From a virus: a stretch of DNA of 64,000 nt. The position numbers were made by a program, and so were the translations under genes. Positions within the stretch are counted from its first letter, which is position 1, and every line of letters begins with the position of its first letter. Below are positions 25,827 through 36,743 of this stretch, one piece after another. The stretch spans positions 32,001 through 96,000 of the IMG/VR virus record IMGVR_UViG_3300017917_003053; one strand, given 5' to 3'. The notes under the pieces were generated by a model. That model was not told the origin of the DNA. It ran no database searches and worked only from the letters and a program-made list of their open reading frames with translations.

Positions 25827-28022
25827 ATGTCGGCACTTCAAGAACTTCAAAATTATACATTTGTTAGTAAATATGCTCGTTGGTTAGAAGATAAAAATCG
25901 CAGAGAAACATGGAAGGAAGCGGTTGATCGTGTGCGTAATATGATGCATACAAAATATGCTGATTTCGGAATTTCCGAAGAAATTGATTGGGCATACGAT
26001 ATAATGTATAAAAAGAAGGTGCTTGGTAGTCAGAGAGCATTACAATTTGGAGGTGAGCCGATTTTAAAACGTCATGCCAAAATTTACAACTGCACAAGTT
26101 CATACTGTGATAGACTTCGTTTCTTTCAAGAATGTTTTTGGTTACTATTGTGTGGTAGTGGCACAGGATTTAGTGTTCAAAAGCACCACGTTGCTAAATT
26201 GCCAACATTAGAACACGAAGTAGATGAAAACGCAGTTGGCGTTAAATATGTAATAGAAGATAGTATCGAAGGATGGGCTGATGCTCTAGGCGTTCTTCTT
26301 AGTAGCTATTTTAGTAAGCCTGTTGAAGAATTTAAAATGTATAAGAATAGTTATGTAGTATTTGACTATTCACAGATTCGTGCCAAAGGTACATCATTAA
26401 GTTCTGGCGTTGGTAAAGCCCCAGGGTTTGAACCACTACAAAATGGTCTAGAAAAAATAAGAGCACTATTAGATCGTTGCATCGCTAATGGACAAAAGAA
26501 ACTTCGTCCTATTGACGCTTACGATATTGTTATGCACAGTAGCGATGCTGTTCTTAGCGGCGGTGTCCGTAGAAGTGCTTCATTAGCATTATTCAGTCCA
26601 GACGATGAAGAAATGGCCAGAGCAAAAACTGGTAATTGGTACATTGAAAATCCACAAAGAGCAAGAAGCAATAACTCAGCCTTACTGCTAAAAGAAGAAA
26701 CCACTTTTGAAGAATTCCAAACACTAATGGAAAGTGTGAAAGAATTCGGAGAGCCAGGATTTATCTGGAGTGAATCTACAGAGATGATTTTTAATCCTTG
26801 CGTAGAAATAGGCATGTGGCCTGTTGACGAAGAAAGCGGAAAGAGTGGATGGCAAGGATGTAATCTTTCTACAATTAATTGTTCAAGTGTAGAAGATGAA
26901 GATGATTTCTTTGAAAGATGTCGTGCTGCTGCTATTATCGGTACATTACAGGCTGGTTTTACCAAGTTAGATTATTTAGGTGAAATTAGTCAAAAGATCT
27001 TTGAAAGAGAAGCCCTATTAGGAGTATCGTTAACTGGTACTATGGAAAAGCATGATCTAGTATTAACAGAAAAAGTACTTACCAAGGGTGCTAAAATTGC
27101 TGTTGAAACTAATAAAGAGATTGCCAAAAAGATCCAGATCAATCAGGCTGCTAGAGTGACTTGCTTAAAGCCAGAGGGTACTAGTAGTAGTATGCTTGGT
27201 ACAAGTTCGGGTATTCACCCGCATCACGCCAAACGATACATACGCCATGTACAGGCCAATGTTTTAGAAGCACCATACCAACACTTTAAGAAATATAACC
27301 CACAGGCTTGTGACAAGTCAGCATGGTCAGCCAACAATACTGATGAGATTATTAAGTTCCCAATAGAAGTACCAGACGGTGCTAAACTTAAGAATCAATT
27401 ACCAGCAGTAGAAATGTTGGCAGTAGTAAAAGAAACCCAAAAGAATTGGGTAAATTCTGGTAAAAATAGAGCATTATGTACTCAAGATTATCTTAGCCAT
27501 AATGTTAGCAATACTGTCACAGTTAAACCTGATGAATGGGATGATGTCACAAAGTATATCTATACTAATAGAAAATATTTTGCTGGTATTAGTCTTATTC
27601 CACAAAGCGGAGACAAAGACTATCCACAAGCACCATTCACCACAGTTTATACTAGTCGTGAAATTGTTAAGGAATACGGAGATGCCGCCTTGTGGTGCTC
27701 TGGATTAATTGAACTAGCATTAAATGCTTTTGATAATAATCTATGGGCTGCTTGTGACTATGTAACATTAAATCAAGCAAATAAAGAAGATCCAGAACCC
27801 AAATTAATATTTGTTACCAAAATGAAAAATTTTGCTGGTAAATATTTTGATGGGGATACCAAAAGGCTAACATACTGTATGAAGGATGTTCATAACTGGA
27901 AGTTATACTGTGATTTATTCGGTAGTTTCAAAAAGGTTGATTATACACAACTATCTGAGACTGAGGACAATACGGTTGGTATAGAGGAAATTAGTTGTGC
28001 TGGTGGCGCTTGTCTAATTTAA
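25827..28022 (+). CDS. nrdJ: Class II (adenosylcobalamin-dependent) ribonucleotide reductase
   Basis: YNC, GGVRRSA, NPCVEI, CNLS, KPEGT, C-terminal CAGGAC; no small subunit nearby. Confidence 0.88.
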   Translation: MSALQELQNYTFVSKYARWLEDKNRRETWKEAVDRVRNMMHTKYADFGISEEIDWAYDIMYKKKVLGSQRALQFGGEPILKRHAKIYNCTSSYCDRLRFFQECFWLLLCGSGTGFSVQKHHVAKLPTLEHEVDENAVGVKYVIEDSIEGWADALGVLLSSYFSKPVEEFKMYKNSYVVFDYSQIRAKGTSLSSGVGKAPGFEPLQNGLEKIRALLDRCIANGQKKLRPIDAYDIVMHSSDAVLSGGVRRSASLALFSPDDEEMARAKTGNWYIENPQRARSNNSALLLKEETTFEEFQTLMESVKEFGEPGFIWSESTEMIFNPCVEIGMWPVDEESGKSGWQGCNLSTINCSSVEDEDDFFERCRAAAIIGTLQAGFTKLDYLGEISQKIFEREALLGVSLTGTMEKHDLVLTEKVLTKGAKIAVETNKEIAKKIQINQAARVTCLKPEGTSSSMLGTSSGIHPHHAKRYIRHVQANVLEAPYQHFKKYNPQACDKSAWSANNTDEIIKFPIEVPDGAKLKNQLPAVEMLAVVKETQKNWVNSGKNRALCTQDYLSHNVSNTVTVKPDEWDDVTKYIYTNRKYFAGISLIPQSGDKDYPQAPFTTVYTSREIVKEYGDAALWCSGLIELALNAFDNNLWAACDYVTLNQANKEDPEPKLIFVTKMKNFAGKYFDGDTKRLTYCMKDVHNWKLYCDLFGSFKKVDYTQLSETEDNTVGIEEISCAGGACLI

Positions 28023-28044
28023 CTCTATAGTCAAAGGGTAACCA

Positions 28045-28782
28045 TTGAGAAAAAATACTAAAGGCAAAAAGAAAAAAGTTTTAGATGCTACTAATGATTT
28101 ACAACAGCCTCAAAATACGGGCCATGCTTATAGAAATAGACTGAAACCTCGTACAGACAATCAAAAAGAATACATTAGAACCATAGCAGAAAACACAATT
28201 ACTTTTTGTCAGGGTTTAGCTGGAAGCGGTAAAACACATATTGCTATAGGTATGGCTTTAGAATACCTTTTGGAAAACAAAGTTAAAAAAATTATTATCA
28301 CCAGACCTGTTTTAGAGGCTGGCGAAAAAATTGGATACTTGCCAGGAACAGCAGAAGAAAAACTTCATCCATATTTATTACCTATATTAGATGAAATTAA
28401 TCATTTTATTAGTCAGGCTCATTATGCTAGTCTAAAACTTGCAAATAAGATAGAAGTTGTTCCTTTAGGTTTAATGAGAGGACGAAATTTCCACAACTGT
28501 TTTATTGTTGCTGACGAATGTCAAAATGCTACATATGAACAATTGAAAATGCTCTTGACACGCACAGGTAATGATAGTAAAATGGTATTAACCGGAGATG
28601 CTGGCCAGAGCGATTTGCACAGACATATCAGGGGCGGTTTTACTGATATGATTGGTGCTCTTTCTAATGTGGAAGGCATAGGTATTTCCGAATTGGAGCA
28701 CAAAGATATTGTGAGAAATCCAATCATAGTTAAAATATTAAGTCGTTTAGATTCTTACGAAAATGCAGCCACAAAACAGTAA
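28045..28782 (+). CDS. phoH: PhoH-family ATPase
   Basis: GLAGSGKT, ITRPVLEAGE..GYLPG, MRGRNF, DECQNAT, TGD..QSDL. Confidence 0.93.
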   Translation: MRKNTKGKKKKVLDATNDLQQPQNTGHAYRNRLKPRTDNQKEYIRTIAENTITFCQGLAGSGKTHIAIGMALEYLLENKVKKIIITRPVLEAGEKIGYLPGTAEEKLHPYLLPILDEINHFISQAHYASLKLANKIEVVPLGLMRGRNFHNCFIVADECQNATYEQLKMLLTRTGNDSKMVLTGDAGQSDLHRHIRGGFTDMIGALSNVEGIGISELEHKDIVRNPIIVKILSRLDSYENAATKQ

Positions 28783-29347
28783 ATGTCTAGTCTTAAATGC
28801 GGATTATACTCCATTAACCGTTATTGATTGGACAAAAGCTATTATATGGTCATTAAAATATAATGAAAATAAATCTGTAGGTATAGAGATCATTGATTTC
28901 TATAAACACGATTATATTTTAGGAGCCAACAATAAAAAATACCCTATACCAGCAGTAGCTAAAACAGCCAAATATTTTAGGATATCGAATTATAGAGTTA
29001 AATTCTCACGGAAAAACCTTTTCGTTAGAGATGATCACACATGTCAATATTGTGGAAAAATATATGATATCAAAGATTTAACATATGATCATGTAATTCC
29101 CAAATCTTTATGGTCTGATAGCCACGGAGCAACTCCAACAACTTGGACAAACATAGTGACATCATGCGTACATTGTAACAGAAAAAAGGGCAATAAGACC
29201 CCCAAACAAGCCAATATGCCATTAAAGAATCTTCCATGTGTACCACAGAAGCATTTCAAATACTTGCCAATCACCCATCACCTGCTTAAAATAAAAAGTA
29301 ACATACCGGATGAATGGTTAACTTACTTGCCAGAATCATATACATAA
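28763..29347 (+). CDS. HNH endonuclease
   Basis: RDDHTCQYCG, LTYDHVIPKS, WTNIVTSCVHCNRKKG. Confidence 0.9.
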   Translation: MQPQNSKCLVLNADYTPLTVIDWTKAIIWSLKYNENKSVGIEIIDFYKHDYILGANNKKYPIPAVAKTAKYFRISNYRVKFSRKNLFVRDDHTCQYCGKIYDIKDLTYDHVIPKSLWSDSHGATPTTWTNIVTSCVHCNRKKGNKTPKQANMPLKNLPCVPQKHFKYLPITHHLLKIKSNIPDEWLTYLPESYT

Positions 29348-29700
29348 TGCCTACTTATTCATACCAATGTGAAGATTGTCATAAGTCTTTTGAGTTATTT
29401 TTTTATATCAAAGACTATGTTGCAAATCCTGCTTGTATTAAATGTGGTTCATCTCAAACTAATAGAGAATATGTCAAGGATGTAGCTACACAAGCATCGT
29501 CAGTCAGAAAATCTGATAGTGAGTTAAAAACTCTAGGAGATTTAGCTAATAGAAATAGAGATAGATTGTCTGATGATCATAAGCAAGAATTATACAAAAA
29601 ACATAACGATTACAAAGAAGCCGAATCGGACAAACCCTTACCAAAGGGTATGAGCAGAATGAAGAAACGACAAGGGAAAATTAAATGGACAGAATCTTAA
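29347..29700 (+). CDS. FmdB-family zinc-ribbon protein
   Basis: MPTYSYQCEDC...C.KCGS. Confidence 0.82.
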   Translation: MPTYSYQCEDCHKSFELFFYIKDYVANPACIKCGSSQTNREYVKDVATQASSVRKSDSELKTLGDLANRNRDRLSDDHKQELYKKHNDYKEAESDKPLPKGMSRMKKRQGKIKWTES

Positions 29701-30113
29701 CAGACTCGATTGCTCAAGATCTAATTACTTCAGTTATTTCTATAGAAGATTTGATGACGTATTTTCAATTAAGAGAAAAGGTCATAGAAGCAGAAAAACT
29801 ATTAGCAGCAAAAGAGTATGAAGTAAACAAATCTCTATATGAGCCAAATAATGAGCAATATTCTGGCCCAGTGCCATATACTGTAAAGATTAATATCACT
29901 ACAGATATTTTACAAGCTCATAATGATAAATATAAGGAACCAAGACTAGTAGAAAAAATTAACAAAGATTATATTATTGATTTTATAACAGAAGATTATT
30001 CTAAATTAATAGATGAATTTTATGCTTCTATACAAAAAACATTAGAACAAGCGTGTGCCAAAATTTTCCAAAAGGAGGAAGTGAAAGATGGGAATATACA
30101 ATCCGAAGCCTGA
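29685..30113 (+). CDS. hypothetical protein
   Basis: 142-aa ORF in operon. Confidence 0.65.
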   Translation: MDRILTDSIAQDLITSVISIEDLMTYFQLREKVIEAEKLLAAKEYEVNKSLYEPNNEQYSGPVPYTVKINITTDILQAHNDKYKEPRLVEKINKDYIIDFITEDYSKLIDEFYASIQKTLEQACAKIFQKEEVKDGNIQSEA

Positions 30114-30459
30114 AGAAGATCAGTCCAGAACAGTTTATGCGTATACGATACTAGGCAAACAACAATCGTTTGACCAGGATAATAATCCTCTAGTATCAGA
30201 AGAATCAAAAGATGCACTAGCCAAGAAGATCGAATATGCCGACAGAGCACGATATTTTATTAAGGTTGGTGCTCATGGTAAGATTTATAATCCAATTGGT
30301 ATATTTTCAGAAGGACGAGGAAACAACTTCTCTAAAAGAACAGGAAAGCCAGAATGGGATTTTACAGAAGTAAACCAAAAGATATTTGATATGTATTTAT
30401 CTTTTCTAAGAACAAAAAACGTAGCACATCTCAATATTGCAGAAAGAGAACTCCGATGA
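30088..30459 (+). CDS. hypothetical protein
   Basis: 123-aa ORF with GGAGG RBS. Confidence 0.7.
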   Translation: MGIYNPKPEEDQSRTVYAYTILGKQQSFDQDNNPLVSEESKDALAKKIEYADRARYFIKVGAHGKIYNPIGIFSEGRGNNFSKRTGKPEWDFTEVNQKIFDMYLSFLRTKNVAHLNIAERELR

Positions 30460-30782
30460 AATTAAATAAAACCCAATCTTATGCTATACAGTATCTATTA
30501 TCTCAAAATAAGACAGCAATAGATATTTCTACTGAACTTAAGATACCTTTAGCGAATGTAGAAAAGTTTATAGAAAAGAATAAGCCAGCGGCGGTAGAGA
30601 ATGCTGTTCCTACTACAACCTCTAAAGTAACAGCAAGCGATTTAATGATCAGGCATACTAGAGACAAAAAGACTAATAGTGTTGCTATTATGACCAAGGA
30701 GGCTTCGGAACTGTCCGACGCTGCCAGAGCAACCTATGTTAAGAAAACAGACTCAAATCATATTTACAAGCCTAGACCCTGA
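30456..30782 (+). CDS. hypothetical protein with N-terminal HTH
   Basis: KTAIDISTELKIPLANVEKFI helix-turn-helix-like. Confidence 0.6.
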   Translation: MKLNKTQSYAIQYLLSQNKTAIDISTELKIPLANVEKFIEKNKPAAVENAVPTTTSKVTASDLMIRHTRDKKTNSVAIMTKEASELSDAARATYVKKTDSNHIYKPRP

Positions 30783-30787
30783 TATAG

Positions 30788-31207
30788 ATGCAAAAATATC
30801 TATCTAAGTATTCAAACGGCAAGAGTGTATCTGCTGCTCAATATATTACAGAGATAATATGCGAGCATCTGGCCCTCAAGGATAAAAAAGATTTACATTA
30901 TAAGTTTTGGCTGAATAAAGAATGGTCTAAATTTTATAGATCACAAATTTTTACTGCCAATAAGTTGCTTAAAACGTATCATCCTAAAGCGATTATCAAT
31001 GCTTTGAAAACAACGAAGGCTCAAAAAATTTATTCGTTGAGGGCACCACACCTACTTGCTATAATACAACAAGAACAAACCAAATTGGATCAACAGACTA
31101 CTGAGCAAACTCAAGACATCAAAAGAGTTTCCAACTCTAGTGGTGAAAAACACATCAAATCAAAGAACATATTAGATCTTATAAAGGAAATAGATAATGA
31201 GCACTAA
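30788..31207 (+). CDS. hypothetical protein
   Basis: 139-aa ORF upstream of recA. Confidence 0.7.
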   Translation: MQKYLSKYSNGKSVSAAQYITEIICEHLALKDKKDLHYKFWLNKEWSKFYRSQIFTANKLLKTYHPKAIINALKTTKAQKIYSLRAPHLLAIIQQEQTKLDQQTTEQTQDIKRVSNSSGEKHIKSKNILDLIKEIDNEH

Positions 31208-32222
31208 ATTAAAAGATAGCGTAACTAAAGATTTTGGAGCAAATATTATACTTAGTGCGGCGTCGGTTGTAGATAAAAAATCTATTATCATTCCGGTAAG
31301 TCCATCTTTAGATATGGTTCTTGGAGGAGGTATTCCAGAGGGAAGTTTTGTTGTTTTAACTGGCCAGCCAAAATGCGGAAAGACCACAACTAGTTTAGCA
31401 TTTGCAGCAACCGCACAAAGACCAGAATACGGATCAGACTCTTTTGCTGATGGCAGAAATGTGTACTACCTAAATATTGAAGGTAGATTGAAGAAGAGAG
31501 ACTTAGAAGGTATCCCAGGATTAAATCTAGAAAAATTCCAGGTTATTGGATCTCAAACAGGTAAAATCCTTCATGCGGAAGAATATTTGCAAATAGCAGA
31601 AAGAATTATTAATCAAGAGCCAGGAAGCGTACTTATCATAGACTCCTACTCTGCATTATGTACAGAAGCAGAGATTACAACTGATATGGATAAAATGCAA
31701 AGAGCAGATGGAGCTAAACTATTAGCTAAATTTTGTCGCAAGGTTGCTAACGTTATTCCTGTAAACAAAAATGTTGTCATAGGTATTACTCACCTTATGG
31801 GGAACCCCACAGGATACGGAGCAGAATTTAAGGAAAAGAGTGGACAGGCTATTGCTTATCAGACAGACATTAAACTAAGAGCAAAAACTTTCAAGCCTTG
31901 GCTATTAGGAACCGATAATACCCAGATCGGACAAGAAGTAGAATGGCAAGTTATATGTTCAGCATTGAGTCCTCCGGGTGGTGTTATTACATCCTACTTA
32001 AGATATGGACAAGGCATTGACAGATACATGGAACTTATAACTCTGGCAACTGATATTGGCTTAATTAACAAAGCGGGTGCTTGGTATACTTTGTCATTCT
32101 TAAAAGATGAGAAAAACAAGTTTCAAGGAACAGAAAAAATTAGAAACTTTCTATTAGAGAATGATGCAGCATATCAGGAATTATACAAACAAGTCAAAGA
32201 AATGTTAGGAACAAAGTTTTAA
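31197..32222 (+). CDS. recA: RecA/UvsX-like recombinase
   Basis: LD..LGGGIPEG, GQPKCGKTT, IIDS.SAL, LI.KAGAWY, KFQG. Confidence 0.92.
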   Translation: MSTKLKDSVTKDFGANIILSAASVVDKKSIIIPVSPSLDMVLGGGIPEGSFVVLTGQPKCGKTTTSLAFAATAQRPEYGSDSFADGRNVYYLNIEGRLKKRDLEGIPGLNLEKFQVIGSQTGKILHAEEYLQIAERIINQEPGSVLIIDSYSALCTEAEITTDMDKMQRADGAKLLAKFCRKVANVIPVNKNVVIGITHLMGNPTGYGAEFKEKSGQAIAYQTDIKLRAKTFKPWLLGTDNTQIGQEVEWQVICSALSPPGGVITSYLRYGQGIDRYMELITLATDIGLINKAGAWYTLSFLKDEKNKFQGTEKIRNFLLENDAAYQELYKQVKEMLGTKF

Positions 32223-32223
32223 T

Positions 32224-32634
32224 ATGGTTGTTAAAGGTTTGGATGGTACAGTATCTACACTGAATTTGAAGGGTGGGATATCCAAAGGTTCCTCATTAAA
32301 TAAATCTGCCATACATTTGGAGGCCAGAAATTTAATTAAAAAACTATATCCTACAATGCAGATTCTGGAAGAGATAACTATTTATCCAAGAAAAAATGAA
32401 GTGATGTATTTGGACTTCTATATTCCATTACTTAAAAAATGTATAGAAGTGCATGGAGAACAGCACTACAAATTTATTCCATTTTATCATAACAATGTTT
32501 TATCGTTTGTTAAGGCTCAAAAAAGGGACAGAGATAAAAAAGAGTGGTGTCTGATAAACGGTATAGATTATTGTGAATTACCATATAATCAAATAAATAA
32601 CTGGGAGTCTATTATTAACCATGAAAACAGCTAA
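32224..32634 (+). CDS. PD-(D/E)XK / DUF559-like endonuclease
   Basis: LDFYIP...IEVHGEQHY...RD..K..WC. Confidence 0.8.
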   Translation: MVVKGLDGTVSTLNLKGGISKGSSLNKSAIHLEARNLIKKLYPTMQILEEITIYPRKNEVMYLDFYIPLLKKCIEVHGEQHYKFIPFYHNNVLSFVKAQKRDRDKKEWCLINGIDYCELPYNQINNWESIINHENS

Positions 32635-33115
32635 AGAAGAATTACAACATTGGGATAATATTCTCGATGAATATGAACAAAATATAGGATTAAGTAAATA
32701 CTCTGCTAATATAGAACAATTACCGGAGCATGAGTTAAATTCCTATCTTACAATGGATAGAAAAGTATTAGAAACGTTGACCCCAGAAGATTGTGGACAA
32801 ATTGCTTACCGTCTTGGTCAATTTACTTTTCATATACAAAGAACAATAAACAGAGAAATAGCTAGATATAATTGGGCTGAAGAGGCTATTAAAGAAACTA
32901 TAGCAGATGAAATTAATTCATACAAAGGATATGGCTTCTTAGAAAAGTCTTTACAAGCTATAAAACATAATGATAAAGCCACATCATTGAATAATATCAA
33001 AAAATATGCGAAACAAAGAAGTGACAGATTATCATATATAGCAAATAGTATTAAAAATTTATCTGATATTATCTTAGCCATTCAAAGAAATAAGGTGAAA
33101 AATGGATCTCAATGA
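32621..33115 (+). CDS. coiled-coil protein (possible UvsY-like mediator)
   Basis: All-helical; position near recA; function is inference only. Confidence 0.5.
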   Translation: MKTAKEELQHWDNILDEYEQNIGLSKYSANIEQLPEHELNSYLTMDRKVLETLTPEDCGQIAYRLGQFTFHIQRTINREIARYNWAEEAIKETIADEINSYKGYGFLEKSLQAIKHNDKATSLNNIKKYAKQRSDRLSYIANSIKNLSDIILAIQRNKVKNGSQ

Positions 33116-33503
33116 CCTAAAGAATAATCCTGAGCAAATTAAAAATCTTATAGATATTTTATCTAGTTTATTGCCTGACTCAGATGTAAAGCCAAAAACT
33201 AAAGCAAAGAAAAAAACAACAAAAAAGACCAATCCTGGATCTTCTGCTATTAAGACTAACAGAAGCAAGGCAAGGTCTGATGGTATCAATATGTTTGATT
33301 CTATGAGAGAAAAAAATTCTCATAAAGAAGATATAGAGATTGACAAAAAATTAAATCGCTATCCCCCCACAGAGAGGGCTAGACCTATCGAACAGATCGC
33401 GGTACAATGCCGATGTTGCGGTAAAAAAGAAAAAATAAATCGTGGACTTCTCATAGAGAAAGACCGATATAAGTGTAACAAGTGTTCCATTTCTGCTGGG
33501 TAA
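33102..33503 (+). CDS. zinc-ribbon protein
   Basis: C-terminal CRCC...CNKC. Confidence 0.65.
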   Translation: MDLNDLKNNPEQIKNLIDILSSLLPDSDVKPKTKAKKKTTKKTNPGSSAIKTNRSKARSDGINMFDSMREKNSHKEDIEIDKKLNRYPPTERARPIEQIAVQCRCCGKKEKINRGLLIEKDRYKCNKCSISAG

Positions 33504-33506
33504 AAT

Positions 33507-34952
33507 ATGACATTATCAGATCCTGCGATTGAAAGAGCGGTATTGGCTATTCTGTGCCAAACCGGAGATCAAGCATACGTTGAAGTCGCTGACATAGTAG
33601 ACGAACATTCTTTTACTATTGACAGTAATATACTCATATTCAAATGTATTAAAAAAATCTTTACAGAAAATGGACAAAAATCCATTGATATAGCATCTAT
33701 CTATTCTTCTGCTAAAGATTTAGGTTTTGATACTATCTTACAAAAGAAGGAAGAAACACAACACCTTAAGGCTATACTTGAATTCCCAGCAGATTATGGG
33801 AATCTACTACAGTTTTCTGCTAAACTCAAAAAGTTACAGATAGCCAGAAAATTACAAAACCAGTTAAGAGATATACAGAGTAAGATTAACCAAATTAATG
33901 GTTCTGAATCTATTACTCATATTCTAAGTATAGCAGAAGATCCTATACTTAATTTTAGTTCATCTCTTGATGATGCAGATAACAATCCTGTTCAAATTTC
34001 TCAAGGTCTTAATGAGTATATTGATCATTTAAAGAGTAATCCAATTGATCAGGTTGGTATTTCTACAGGGTTTCCAGCGTATGATTTTGCTATAGGTGGA
34101 GGTCTTAGAAAAAGCACAATCAATGTTATTGCTGCTAGACCAAAAACCGGAAAGACCCTGCTATCTGACAATATGGGATACAATATTGCTAAGATGGGTA
34201 TTCCTGTTTTGAATATGGATACAGAAATGACCAAAAAAGACCATATTCATAGAATCTTAGCTATGATGACAGAAATAGAAATTAATAAGATTGAAACAGG
34301 AAAATTTGCTGAAAATCCATCTTTATCTAACAAAATTGAATCGGCGGTACAGGAATTAGAAAAAATTCCACTTTATCATAAAAGTATAGCCGGGAAATCA
34401 TTTGAAGAACAATTGTCCATTATGAGAAGATGGATTATGAAACATGTTGGTTTAAACAGTGATGGCACAGCAAAACAGTGTGTTATATTTTATGATTATT
34501 TAAAGCTAATGGATAGTGCTGGCATTTCACAAGATATGAAAGAATATCAGGTCTTGGGATTTATGATGACAACATTACATAATTTTGCTGTTAAATATCA
34601 GTTGCCGATTATGGCCTTTGTTCAATTGAATAGAGATGGTATTACTAAAGAGAGCACAGATACTGCTTCTGGTTCTGATAGAATTATTTGGTTATGTAGT
34701 AATTTTAGCATCTTCAAAAAGAAGAGCGATGAAGAAATTGCTGAAGATGGACCAACAAATGGAAATAGGAAACTATTGCCGCTTATCAGTCGCCACGGGT
34801 CAGGTTTAGATGATAATGATTATATCAATTGTCATATGAAAGGCTGGTGTGCAAAAATTACAGAAGGTAAAACTAGGCTAGAATTACTAAACGGAACAGA
34901 CACAGAAAATGGCTTCTCAGTTGAAGAACAAGACAGCATCCCATTCAATTGA
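33507..34952 (+). CDS. dnaB: Replicative DnaB-like helicase
   Basis: IERAVLA, GISTGF, AARPKTGKT, TEM, FYDYLKLM, QLNR. Confidence 0.93.
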   Translation: MTLSDPAIERAVLAILCQTGDQAYVEVADIVDEHSFTIDSNILIFKCIKKIFTENGQKSIDIASIYSSAKDLGFDTILQKKEETQHLKAILEFPADYGNLLQFSAKLKKLQIARKLQNQLRDIQSKINQINGSESITHILSIAEDPILNFSSSLDDADNNPVQISQGLNEYIDHLKSNPIDQVGISTGFPAYDFAIGGGLRKSTINVIAARPKTGKTLLSDNMGYNIAKMGIPVLNMDTEMTKKDHIHRILAMMTEIEINKIETGKFAENPSLSNKIESAVQELEKIPLYHKSIAGKSFEEQLSIMRRWIMKHVGLNSDGTAKQCVIFYDYLKLMDSAGISQDMKEYQVLGFMMTTLHNFAVKYQLPIMAFVQLNRDGITKESTDTASGSDRIIWLCSNFSIFKKKSDEEIAEDGPTNGNRKLLPLISRHGSGLDDNDYINCHMKGWCAKITEGKTRLELLNGTDTENGFSVEEQDSIPFN

Positions 34953-36003
34953 TCAAACCAAGCTTAAAATAGTTTGTGATCAATTATGCGATAATATAGA
35001 AGATTTGTTTAATTATTTTAACATAGACTATAAAAACAATGGAAAGTTTTATAGTATGTGTTGCCCTATACATGGTGGAGATAATCCATCTGCTTTAAAT
35101 ATTTACCATATTGGTGATTCTTACAGAGGAAACTGGAAGTGTAGAACTCATCAATGTGAAAAAGTATTTAAGGGATCAATTATAGGTTTTATTAGAGGAC
35201 TTCTATCTCATAGAGATAAAAATTGGACAGAGAACGGTGACGATACTGTTTCGTTCACTCATACAATGGATTTTATCAAAACATTTTCTCAGATTGATCC
35301 TAATAAAATATCTGTCTCTAGAGTAGAAAAAGACAAGCAAGCTTTTGTTTCTAATACTACAATCTTAAACCAAAAACAAAACAAAGTAGCCAATGCTGTA
35401 AAAAGGGAGCAAATACAAAAAGCCTTAAAAATACCAAGTCCATACTTTTTAAATCGAGGCTTCTCTGCGGACGTGTTGATTAAATATGACGTTGGAGAAT
35501 GTGCGACAGAGGGCAAAGAGATGTATAATCGTGCCGTAGCCCCTATCTATGACGCAAACCATGAGTACATGATAGGTTGTACCGGTAGAACGCTTTTTGA
35601 TAGTATAAAGCCAAAATGGAAACACAGTGAAGGATTTCGTGCAGAAGAATGTTTATACAATTTTTGGTATGCAAAAGAATATATTAAACAGTCCAAGATT
35701 GTGATTCTAGTCGAAAGTCCTGGTAACATATGGAGATTAGAAGAAGCCGGAATCCATAACGGTGTTGCTCTTTTTGGGGCAAACCTTAATGATAAACAAA
35801 AGATGATTTTGGACATATCCGGAGCGATGAAAATTATTACTATAATGGACAATGATCAGGCTGGAGAAAAAGCCAGAGAACAAATTCAAAAAAGATGTGA
35901 AAAAATATACAATATTGATCATATCTTAATAGATAAAAATGACGTTGCAGAGATGAGTATTGACGAAATCAAACAAATTATACTTCCAAGGATTATATTA
36001 TGA
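34909..36003 (+). CDS. dnaG: DnaG-like primase (CHC2 zinc finger plus TOPRIM)
   Basis: CPIHGGDNPSA...WKC..HQC; LVESPG, MDNDQAG, ND. Confidence 0.88.
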   Translation: MASQLKNKTASHSIDQTKLKIVCDQLCDNIEDLFNYFNIDYKNNGKFYSMCCPIHGGDNPSALNIYHIGDSYRGNWKCRTHQCEKVFKGSIIGFIRGLLSHRDKNWTENGDDTVSFTHTMDFIKTFSQIDPNKISVSRVEKDKQAFVSNTTILNQKQNKVANAVKREQIQKALKIPSPYFLNRGFSADVLIKYDVGECATEGKEMYNRAVAPIYDANHEYMIGCTGRTLFDSIKPKWKHSEGFRAEECLYNFWYAKEYIKQSKIVILVESPGNIWRLEEAGIHNGVALFGANLNDKQKMILDISGAMKIITIMDNDQAGEKAREQIQKRCEKIYNIDHILIDKNDVAEMSIDEIKQIILPRIIL

Positions 36004-36743
36004 CTGTAATTATAGGATTTTCTGGCAAAAAACAATCAGGTAAGACTACTAGTGCTAATTTTCTATATTCTATAGCTTTGGCTACTAAACCTGGAATAGA
36101 ACATGTTACATTAACAGATCACGGTACTATACAGGTTAAAAAAACTAATACCGATTATATGATAGATGTAGATGTGGTAAAATACTATAATAATATTGGC
36201 TTTATAGATGAAGACATTGCCAAAATTATAGAGTCAATAAGTCCACACGTTAAGATATACAGTTTCGCAGATCCACTGAAGCAGGATATCTGTATCAATA
36301 TGTTCGGTTTAACATATGAACAATGCTATGGAACAGATGAACAAAAGAATGAACCAACAGATATTTTTTATGATGGCAAATATTTGTCTGGGAGAGACAT
36401 TATGCAACTGGTTGGGACAGACTTTTTTAGGGCGGTAAAGTCTAATATCTGGCCAGAAGCAACTGTCAGAAAAATTCTCAAAGATCAGCCATATATCGCC
36501 TTGATAACAGATTGTAGATTTCCTAATGAAGTTGATGCTATCAAAAATAATAATGGTATAGTTATCAGACTAACAAGAGAATTGCCAAAAAATCCTGGAG
36601 AGATAGAACATAAATCCGAAACTGCCTTAGATAAAGAAGTATATGATTGGGCAAATTTTAATTATGTAATTGATAATAAAAATCTAGATATTATACAGCA
36701 ATGTAATATGGTTCATGAAATATTAACAAAGGAAGTTAAATGA
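36000..36743 (+). CDS. deoxynucleoside monophosphate kinase
   Basis: GFSGKKQSGKTT, SFADPLK, R..MQLVGT, ITDCRFPNE, H.SE. Confidence 0.9.
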   Translation: MTVIIGFSGKKQSGKTTSANFLYSIALATKPGIEHVTLTDHGTIQVKKTNTDYMIDVDVVKYYNNIGFIDEDIAKIIESISPHVKIYSFADPLKQDICINMFGLTYEQCYGTDEQKNEPTDIFYDGKYLSGRDIMQLVGTDFFRAVKSNIWPEATVRKILKDQPYIALITDCRFPNEVDAIKNNNGIVIRLTRELPKNPGEIEHKSETALDKEVYDWANFNYVIDNKNLDIIQQCNMVHEILTKEVK